Shown here: positions 57,335 to 64,000 of the stretch, one piece after another
Layout of the letters: the number at the start of each line of letters is the position of its first letter
Position numbering within the stretch: the first letter of the stretch is position 1
NCBI GenBank assembly: GCA_964621305.1
Contig: CAZUOM010000001.1
Coordinates: forward strand, 10,390-74,389
DNA length: 64,000 nt
Direction: 5' to 3'
DNA from: an uncultured Gammaproteobacteria bacterium
GTDB taxonomy: Bacteria; Patescibacteriota; Microgenomatia; UBA10105; UBA927
Program-made: the position numbers and the translations under genes
Notes under the pieces: model-generated
Told to the model about the DNA's origin: nothing
Seen by the model: only the letters and a program-made list of their open reading frames with translations
The model's database searches: none

Positions 57335-58016
57335 GAATGATGCTATCCATATCTTGAGGTATAGCTGCCTCTAATGCAAGCGGCTTACCTGTTACCGGAT
57401 CGGTAAAAGAAATTTTCCATGCATGCAACATCACGCGAGCCACCCAGCTGCGATCATCGCGACTGGTTTTTCTGCCGGCATAGAGGAAGTCGCCAACGAT
57501 GGGATGGTTGATATACTTCATGTGTACGCGTATCTGGTGCGTGCGGCCAGTCTCAGGATAAAGCTCAACGAGGGAAATTTCATAAGGTCTCACCTTGCCT
57601 CGCAAGGTGAGACCTTGCAAAACGAGGTATTTCGTCACCGCTTCTTTTCCTCCAGGGACAATACCGAAGCGTTGCCGACTCCACGGGAGCCTGCCAACCG
57701 GAGCTCGAATTTCTCCTTGCGCGGGAACGAGTTTTCCGTGGACGATAGCCAGGTAGGTCTTTTTGACAGCTCTTTCCTTAAATTGCCGCTGAAGTCCGGC
57801 AAATGCCTCAGGATTTTTTGCGATAAGAAGTATACCCGATGTTTCTTTGTCAATCCGGTGCACGATCCCCCCCCGATCCAACGCAATTTTCAATTCGTTC
57901 TCTGACCAATCTTGAATAGTTAGTTCCTTTACTGATTCCGCTCGATTAACAACTATTCCCGCAGGTTTATTGATAACTATTAGGCTCTGGTCTTCATAAA
58001 GAATGGCGATCTTCAC
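57321..58016 (-). CDS. RluA-family pseudouridine synthase
   Basis: NKPAG, HRIDKETSG, TGRTHQIRVH. Confidence 0.95.
   Translation of the reverse strand: MKIAILYEDQSLIVINKPAGIVVNRAESVKELTIQDWSENELKIALDRGGIVHRIDKETSGILLIAKNPEAFAGLQRQFKERAVKKTYLAIVHGKLVPAQGEIRAPVGRLPWSRQRFGIVPGGKEAVTKYLVLQGLTLRGKVRPYEISLVELYPETGRTHQIRVHMKYINHPIVGDFLYAGRKTSRDDRSWVARVMLHAWKISFTDPVTGKPLALEAAIPQDMDSIIHAVG
57584..57616. repeat. Perfect 33 bp palindrome in frame within the RluA-family gene
   Basis: AAGGTCTCACCTTGC-CTC-GCAAGGTGAGACCTT. Confidence 0.9.
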
Positions 58017-58375
58017 ATCTTCTTCTTTTTTTCGTCATCCAGGCACAGGGTTGCTGTGGGAACCGCTGCTAGCCGATCGGTATCAATCATCTTTTCGCAT
58101 ACAACACAAAAGCCATAAGTACCGTTTCTGATCCTCGTGAGCGCGTCATCAATGGCGGCAATTTGAGACCTAAGTTCGTCAGTTTGGGCCGAGACTCGGT
58201 CGTGATTACTTTCTTCAAGGGCTTCTGCGTCAGATGCCGCGTTATCAGTCAAGCGATCAGGATCTGAAAAGGGATCTTGAGCCGAAAGGGAGTCAAGCCG
58301 AGCAGCCACATTAGTTCTTTCCTCTTCAAGTGCCTTACGCACGCTATCAAGTAACTTGGGATCGTATCGTATCAT
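58013..58375 (-). CDS. DksA/TraR zinc-finger protein
   Basis: ALTRI..GTYGFCVVC...I...RL.AVP. Confidence 0.88.
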   Translation of the reverse strand: MIRYDPKLLDSVRKALEEERTNVAARLDSLSAQDPFSDPDRLTDNAASDAEALEESNHDRVSAQTDELRSQIAAIDDALTRIRNGTYGFCVVCEKMIDTDRLAAVPTATLCLDDEKKKKM

Positions 58376-59135
58376 ATATTTTTTTCACTACTTCCTTTCC
58401 ACCTCCACGAACGTATAAAGCCCCAATTGCCTGACTAAAAATGATAATCAACATCCACTGATTGGCACTTAGTCCCCAGTATAATCGATGTTCAACAAAA
58501 AACTCAAGAAGAAAATTACTTGCGGAAAAGATGACGAAAAAGCAAATACCCAATAGTCCCAATGGCCAGTCGCGACTCTTGGCACGAATTTCAAAAAATC
58601 CGATAACAAAGAGCAGTAGCAGCAAGAATATTGCCTCATAGACTCCAACTGGATGACGCAGGCCCTGGTAACCGGCGACTCTGACTGCCCAAGGCAGCGA
58701 TGTCTCAACTCCCACAACGGTACCACCCAAGAACGCACCAATGCTGCCAATGGCTATTGATCCAGGCAAGGCGAATGCAAGAGCATCTGCAATCATGGCC
58801 AGACGCAACCCGTTATGTTTTCCCAACACCGCCATGGTCAACACGCCCACTACCAACCCCGGGTAGAGCGAAAGCCCAGGCACCACCCAAGGCGCAAACA
58901 TTTTCAGAACAGAGCCGGAAAATAGCTCTGGGTGTATGAGAATAAATCCGACACGAGCAACCAACAACGCAACCAAAGTTCCCCAAAACATCAGGTCAAA
59001 GATCCGCTCTTCTTCTACTGCCTCTTTTCGCAGCGCTTTCCAAAATACAAGGGAAAAGACTAACCAGCTCAACACCAGAAAAAAACTCAGACTATATAGG
59101 TTCAGCGGGCCGATTGAGAATAAAATTGGCAACAT
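58347..59135 (-). CDS. lgt: Prolipoprotein diacylglyceryl transferase-like protein
   Basis: PILFSIGP, GLSLYPGL, LPW, RHP..YE; catalytic motif divergent. Confidence 0.8.
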   Translation of the reverse strand: MLPILFSIGPLNLYSLSFFLVLSWLVFSLVFWKALRKEAVEEERIFDLMFWGTLVALLVARVGFILIHPELFSGSVLKMFAPWVVPGLSLYPGLVVGVLTMAVLGKHNGLRLAMIADALAFALPGSIAIGSIGAFLGGTVVGVETSLPWAVRVAGYQGLRHPVGVYEAIFLLLLLFVIGFFEIRAKSRDWPLGLLGICFFVIFSASNFLLEFFVEHRLYWGLSANQWMLIIIFSQAIGALYVRGGGKEVVKKIYDTIRSQVT

Positions 59136-59137
59136 AG

Positions 59138-60424
59138 TTATTCTTTATTATACCGTACCCGCCAGAGGCCGTAACCGACCAGAACCAGACCTAACAGAAA
59201 AATCACTTTTCCCACGCCAACGACGTCAGCCAAAACCCCCCCCACTAGAACCGGTAGCATACCAATGCCGCCAACCACGGCGGTCAGTAGTCCGTAGACA
59301 TGACCACGCATGTCCCCTTCTGATTCGTTCTGCAGGGTTGCGTTTGCAGGAACATCTAAGAGGCTATTGGCAAATCCGAGACTGAAAAATAACCCAAGAA
59401 TCAGCGCAAAAAACAGGAAACTGCCGCCACCGTCGGAAAAAATCGCCATATGCTTAAACCGAGCCGTCATTGCAATGATCAGTAGTATCATACCAGCACC
59501 GATAACACCCCGTCGAATAAGTTTTTTCGTCCCAAGTTTATAACCTGTACTGCCAACCCAAAAGGCTCCAACGATAATACCTAATACTGCCGGTCCAACA
59601 AGAAATACGGATGCATCATGAACGTCTACTTCGAGCAGTCGATCCGCAAATGCAGGACCCAAAGTAGCCAATATGGCAAGCGTTACCTGCGTACCCATAA
59701 GGAGAAGTAATGCATCTAGGAGTTTGCCTTTTGTTTTGACGTATTCTAGTCCTTTCTCCATCGACTGAAGCACTTTGGTCATCAAATTGAGAATCGAATA
59801 TCTGCCCAAAACCGAGGCAACCGATCGCTTCCCCTCCTCCTTGGGAATTTGCCAGACAGCCGCCGCCGCGGCAAAAAACATCATGCATAGAAAAAGGAAA
59901 ACGCCGGACGAGCCAAAAAATCGCAACGTAGGACCGGCCAACAACGAACCGATGGCCAAGGCGCTATAAAACGTAAAAGAAAAAATGCTATTTGCCGTCA
60001 CCAAATCCTTTTTCCCAACCAACCGCGGGATCGTGGGTGCTTCTGACGGAGTCGAAAACTGGGTAATAAGCGCATAAAGAAATGCAACAGCATAAACAAG
60101 AGCAACATTGCCAAAAGCGAAAAGGAACAGTACAGCAAGAACCGCACGCAAAATATGGGCCGCAATAAGAATTGTCCGTTTATCAAAATGGTCAACGATT
60201 GCGCCTGCAGAAAGTGCAAACAATAACGCCGGCACGCCAAACGTCAGGTACAACGCGGATACCGCAGTACTTGACCCAGTCATCTGATAGATTCGAAGCG
60301 CCAGCACAAACATAGTTGTCGTAACGGCGAGGTTGCTTAAAGTCTGTCCAATCCAGAGGCTACGAAACGCCGGAATAGATAAAACGTAGGTCACAGAAAC
60401 TTTACTTGATTCTTGGAGGCTCAT
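59138..60424 (-). CDS. MFS transporter
   Basis: FRSLWIGQ, GAIVDHFDKR, 12-TM pattern. Confidence 0.92.
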   Translation of the reverse strand: MSLQESSKVSVTYVLSIPAFRSLWIGQTLSNLAVTTTMFVLALRIYQMTGSSTAVSALYLTFGVPALLFALSAGAIVDHFDKRTILIAAHILRAVLAVLFLFAFGNVALVYAVAFLYALITQFSTPSEAPTIPRLVGKKDLVTANSIFSFTFYSALAIGSLLAGPTLRFFGSSGVFLFLCMMFFAAAAAVWQIPKEEGKRSVASVLGRYSILNLMTKVLQSMEKGLEYVKTKGKLLDALLLLMGTQVTLAILATLGPAFADRLLEVDVHDASVFLVGPAVLGIIVGAFWVGSTGYKLGTKKLIRRGVIGAGMILLIIAMTARFKHMAIFSDGGGSFLFFALILGLFFSLGFANSLLDVPANATLQNESEGDMRGHVYGLLTAVVGGIGMLPVLVGGVLADVVGVGKVIFLLGLVLVGYGLWRVRYNKE

Positions 60425-60440
60425 ATTCTACAATTTTCTT

Positions 60441-60914
60441 ATGACCGCAACGGCCCATGCGCTCGTGGCAGCCGCAATTGCAACCAAATTTACCGATCCG
60501 GCCACGGCTGGAACATTAGCGTTTATATCTCATTATATGATGGACAGCATCCCGCATTGGGACATCGGTACTAACTGGCGTGATAGATCAAAGGCAATCA
60601 CAGGGATTGCCGCCATCGTTGATACGTTCATAGCCATAACCCTAGCATATTTTCTCTTTTCAGGAAATGCCTCACTGCAGACACTGTTCGTAGCGCTTGC
60701 AGCATCGCTGGTTCCGGATTGGATCGAGACGCCATGGTACATCCTCTACGCCCATCAAAAAAAACATGAACCGAAGAAAAATGCCGCATGGTTCGAAAAA
60801 TGTTGCTATACTATTTATAAAATACCCAATCTATTTCATGCCAAAGCACCATTTCACCTCGGCCTCCTCACGCAAATTGCCACCGTACTCTTTTTTCTTA
60901 TTTTGCTGAAATGA
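60441..60914 (+). CDS. Membrane protein, metal-dependent hydrolase-like
   Basis: AH, SHYMMDSIPHWD, PD, FH motifs. Confidence 0.7.
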   Translation: MTATAHALVAAAIATKFTDPATAGTLAFISHYMMDSIPHWDIGTNWRDRSKAITGIAAIVDTFIAITLAYFLFSGNASLQTLFVALAASLVPDWIETPWYILYAHQKKHEPKKNAAWFEKCCYTIYKIPNLFHAKAPFHLGLLTQIATVLFFLILLK

Positions 60915-62424
60915 TTTTCGAAAGATAGTAGAGAAGAAGTCTCACTCCATATCCTGTGCCACCGCGCGGATTAAGCGATGTGTCCTTTTCCACAAACGCT
61001 GGTCCGGCGACATCAAGATGCGCCCAGGGCGTTCCCTCTGGTACAAAATCCTGCAAAAAGAGCGCTCCGGTAATAGCGCCCGCAGATCGACCGCCCCCAA
61101 TATTCTGAATATCGGCAATCGTACTTTTGAGGAGCTCATGGTATTCCTTTACCAATGGAAGTCTCCATAATCGTTCCCCACTAATTTTCCCTGCTTCTTC
61201 AATTTTTTCAGCAAGATCGTCGGAGTTGGCAAAAAGACCTGCATAATCGTCGCCCAAAGCAACTACACAGGCGCCGGTCAAAGTCGCTATGTCAACGATG
61301 ATATCTGGTTTTATTTTCGCTACTGCAAAGGAGAGCGCATCGGCAAGAACCACACGTCCTTCGGCATCGGTATTAAGCACTTCAATCGTCTTTCCGTTCA
61401 TAGCGCGGACAATGTCGCCCGGCTTGACCGCTTTTGATCCAGGCATATTTTCTGTCGACGAAATCAGTCCCACCACCCGGCATGTTAGTTTCAGTGCTGG
61501 GAGAGCGGAAAATATTCCAAGAATGGCTGCGGACCCGGCCATATCCAGCTTCATCGTCTCCATATTTTTGGCATCTTTTAAAGATAGACCACCAGTATCA
61601 AAGGTAATACCTTTGCCCACGAGGGCAACCGTTTTTCTCCCGCCGCCGTCGTAGACGAGCTTAATAAATCGGGGCTCTTCGTCGCTACCGCGGGCGATAC
61701 CCAGAAGCGCACCCATACCAAGGGCTCGCATCTCTTTTTTGCCTAAAACCTCACAGGATATCCGCGCATCGCCCTTAGCAAGAGATTTAGCTACACCCCC
61801 AAGGTAACTGGGAGTAGTCAGAGACGGAGGCTCATTAACCAGGTCTCTTGCAAAAACAACTGCCTCACTGACGACTTCCCCGCGTGAAATCCCTGACTGA
61901 GTTGCATCAAGCCGACTCGGTGTAACGAGGAGGTGAACCTCATCAATAACTTTCTCTTTCTTCTGAACTTCAGCGCTTTTGTGCTTATTAAATACGTACG
62001 TGCCCAGCGTCATTCCCTCAACGAGTCCTTGAGCAGCGGAGGCCGCGGTAAACTGACTCACCAATTCATCAGAAACGGCAACAGCGACTCGCTTGGATGC
62101 TACCTTTTTTGCAGACCTTCCGATCGTTGCTGCAATCGTTTGAAGATCAAACATAGTCATCTCAGCCGGTTTCCCAAGCCCAACCAGAAGCACTCGTTTC
62201 GCCTGAATCTTTCCGTGAGAGTGAATAAGAAGCGTATTTGCCTGCTTTGCCTCAAAATCCTCCGTCGTCGCCACCTCCGTGAGCATTCCCCCAAGCGCAG
62301 CATCAATTTTTTTTGCCTCCAGTGACCACACGATCTCTTTTTCCTTCTTCCCTATCCCCAAAAACACTGCAACCAAATCAGCCTCGGCCTTTGTTACTTC
62401 AATAGATTTTGTATGAAAAATCAT
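60898..62424 (-). CDS. pepA: Leucyl aminopeptidase (M17)
   Basis: GKGITFDTGG, MKLDMAG, NTDAEGR, HLDVAG. Confidence 0.96.
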   Translation of the reverse strand: MIFHTKSIEVTKAEADLVAVFLGIGKKEKEIVWSLEAKKIDAALGGMLTEVATTEDFEAKQANTLLIHSHGKIQAKRVLLVGLGKPAEMTMFDLQTIAATIGRSAKKVASKRVAVAVSDELVSQFTAASAAQGLVEGMTLGTYVFNKHKSAEVQKKEKVIDEVHLLVTPSRLDATQSGISRGEVVSEAVVFARDLVNEPPSLTTPSYLGGVAKSLAKGDARISCEVLGKKEMRALGMGALLGIARGSDEEPRFIKLVYDGGGRKTVALVGKGITFDTGGLSLKDAKNMETMKLDMAGSAAILGIFSALPALKLTCRVVGLISSTENMPGSKAVKPGDIVRAMNGKTIEVLNTDAEGRVVLADALSFAVAKIKPDIIVDIATLTGACVVALGDDYAGLFANSDDLAEKIEEAGKISGERLWRLPLVKEYHELLKSTIADIQNIGGGRSAGAITGALFLQDFVPEGTPWAHLDVAGPAFVEKDTSLNPRGGTGYGVRLLLYYLSKIISAK

Positions 62425-62475
62425 GGTGTCCCTTTCTGTACCACGAAACTCAGATCATACGAGCCAAAAACTTTG

Positions 62476-62561
62476 TGCCGCGGGTCGGAGTCGAACCGAC
62501 ACGAACTTTTCAGCCCATGAGTTTTTGAGACTCACCTGTATACCAATTTCAGCACCGCGGC
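62476..62561 (-). tRNA. tRNA-Leu (CAA)
   Basis: GCCGCGG acceptor stem, TGAGT-CT-CAA-AA-ACTCA anticodon arm, long variable arm, GGTTCGACTCC; CCA not encoded. Confidence 0.95.
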
Positions 62562-62646
62562 GCAAACTAAAACCAAAGCATACCACAGCACCAAATCCAA
62601 ATCCACTCGGCTGCGCTGATCAAGAAAACGACTCCAGCTACCAGCT

Positions 62647-63993
62647 TTACGCCTGAAGGGTCTGCTCGGCGCGCTTTTTCTCGACGGAGTAGAAGCGGAT
62701 TCGGTCGCCGCGAAACATAAGATCGATTTCAGCTAGCGGGCCGTTGCGGTGCTTGGAAATCCGCAGTTTCGTAGGTATGTGCTCTCCCCAAGCAGTCATA
62801 TCCTGATCCTCGCGGTAGAGAAACATCACGACATCGGCATCCTGTTCGATGGAGCCGGACTCCCGAAGGTCTGAAAGCTCCGGAATCTTTGATCCGCGCG
62901 CCTCAACAGCCCGTGATAGCTGCGAGCATGCCAGAACCGGAACACGTAATTCCCGGGCAAGATTTTTCAAGCCTTGAGAAATAATCGAAACCTCTTGAAC
63001 TCGATTGTCAAAACGCCGGCCGGAGTCAACCAGCTGGAGGTAGTCAACGATTATGAGCTTGACGCCGTGCTCAACCTGCAGACGACGCGCTTTTGTGCGC
63101 ATTTCAATAATATTGATTCCAGGCGTATCATCGATAAACATGGGAGCTTCGGCAAGCTCTCCCATAGCCTGAGAAAGCCTAGTGAAGTCGTCATCGGAAA
63201 GTTTGCCGGTCTTCAGTCGCCAGGCGTCAATATCTGCCTGACCTACGAGTAGACGGTCGACGAGCTCTTCCTTGCTCATCTCGAGAGAGAAAATCCCGAC
63301 GGGAATTTTGTCGTGGACGGCAACATACTGGGCGATATTAATGACCATGGCTGTTTTCCCTGTTCCGGGGCGCGCAGCAAGAATCAGTAGATTGGCATCT
63401 TGCATGCCAGCGAGTTTGCCATCCAGATCAACAAATCCTGTTGCTACCCCTCGTAAACCGCCGGCCCGCTTATGGAGCTCGTCGAGCCGGTCGAAAGAAG
63501 CAGCCAGTGCATCTTTGATTGGAATAAAGTCACGCCGGGTCGCTACTTGCGACAGCGCAAAAATTTCTTGCTCAGCTCGATCTACTATTTCTCTAGCGCT
63601 ACCTTCTTCATTTAAGGCCATCTCAGAAATTTTTGCCGCAGCCACGATCAAACTTCGCTTGATGGCGTGCTCCATGATGATACGTCCATACTGTTCAGCA
63701 TGGGCACTTGTGGGGACCACGTTGAGGAGATCATGGATATACGAAGTGCCGCCGACCTCTTTGAGTCCCCCGTTTTTCTTGAGCTGTGCGGTAACCGTAA
63801 GCACGTCAATGGGTTCATGCCCTTCGTACAGTTCCATCATTGCACCAAAAATAGCGGCATTGGCGTCCATATAAAAATGATGCGGACGCAGAAATTCCAC
63901 TACATCGACCATGGCGTCTTTATCTATAAGAACGGCACCCAAAACCGATTGCTCGGCGACTGTATCGTGCGGCACAGCTCTGTGATCAGCCAT
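62647..63993 (-). CDS. dnaB: Replicative DNA helicase
   Basis: AEQSVLGA, AARPGTGKT, DYLQL, SDLRESGSIEQDAD. Confidence 0.98.
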   Translation of the reverse strand: MADHRAVPHDTVAEQSVLGAVLIDKDAMVDVVEFLRPHHFYMDANAAIFGAMMELYEGHEPIDVLTVTAQLKKNGGLKEVGGTSYIHDLLNVVPTSAHAEQYGRIIMEHAIKRSLIVAAAKISEMALNEEGSAREIVDRAEQEIFALSQVATRRDFIPIKDALAASFDRLDELHKRAGGLRGVATGFVDLDGKLAGMQDANLLILAARPGTGKTAMVINIAQYVAVHDKIPVGIFSLEMSKEELVDRLLVGQADIDAWRLKTGKLSDDDFTRLSQAMGELAEAPMFIDDTPGINIIEMRTKARRLQVEHGVKLIIVDYLQLVDSGRRFDNRVQEVSIISQGLKNLARELRVPVLACSQLSRAVEARGSKIPELSDLRESGSIEQDADVVMFLYREDQDMTAWGEHIPTKLRISKHRNGPLAEIDLMFRGDRIRFYSVEKKRAEQTLQA

Positions 63994-64000
63994 AATTGCT

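Overview
This is a chromosomal segment of a small-genome bacterium. Gene content and style (trigger factor without a PPIase domain, shortened ThrS and PheT, a complete type IV pilus cluster, -10 boxes abutting start codons) suggest CPR/Patescibacteria, probably Microgenomates (inference). The housekeeping backbone is tig, tRNA-Val, thrS-infC-rpmI-rplT-pheS-pheT, a class A PBP, tyrS-recG-rpmF-nusB-rnc-rpsP-khpA-trmD, the pilus cluster with two embedded membrane glycosyltransferases, holB-gyrB-hppA-gyrA, folD, a Xer recombinase, a CPA2 antiporter, rluA, dksA, lgt, MFS, pepA, tRNA-Leu and dnaB. Small accessory genes are interleaved (HicBA, MNT-HEPN, Fic, NYN, a retropepsin pair, orphan ORFs). Main observations: (1) accessory genes around gyrB/gyrA/bcp/folD are bounded by short, mostly synonymously recoded copies of the ends of neighbouring core genes, with no integrase or transposase in the tract; (2) PheS carries an in-frame N-terminal AlaX-type editing domain with an altered metal site; (3) there is an unannotated Phe-rich leader-peptide attenuator before pheST, a second leader attenuator before tyrS, and a T-box-like leader before thrS; (4) a promoter-hairpin-terminator sRNA converges on a NYN nuclease gene; (5) unrelated 7-8 bp tandem repeats and a palindrome sit in frame inside core genes; (6) an EamA gene is frameshifted at a (CT)10 tract. 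All calls come from reading the sequence; no searches were run.
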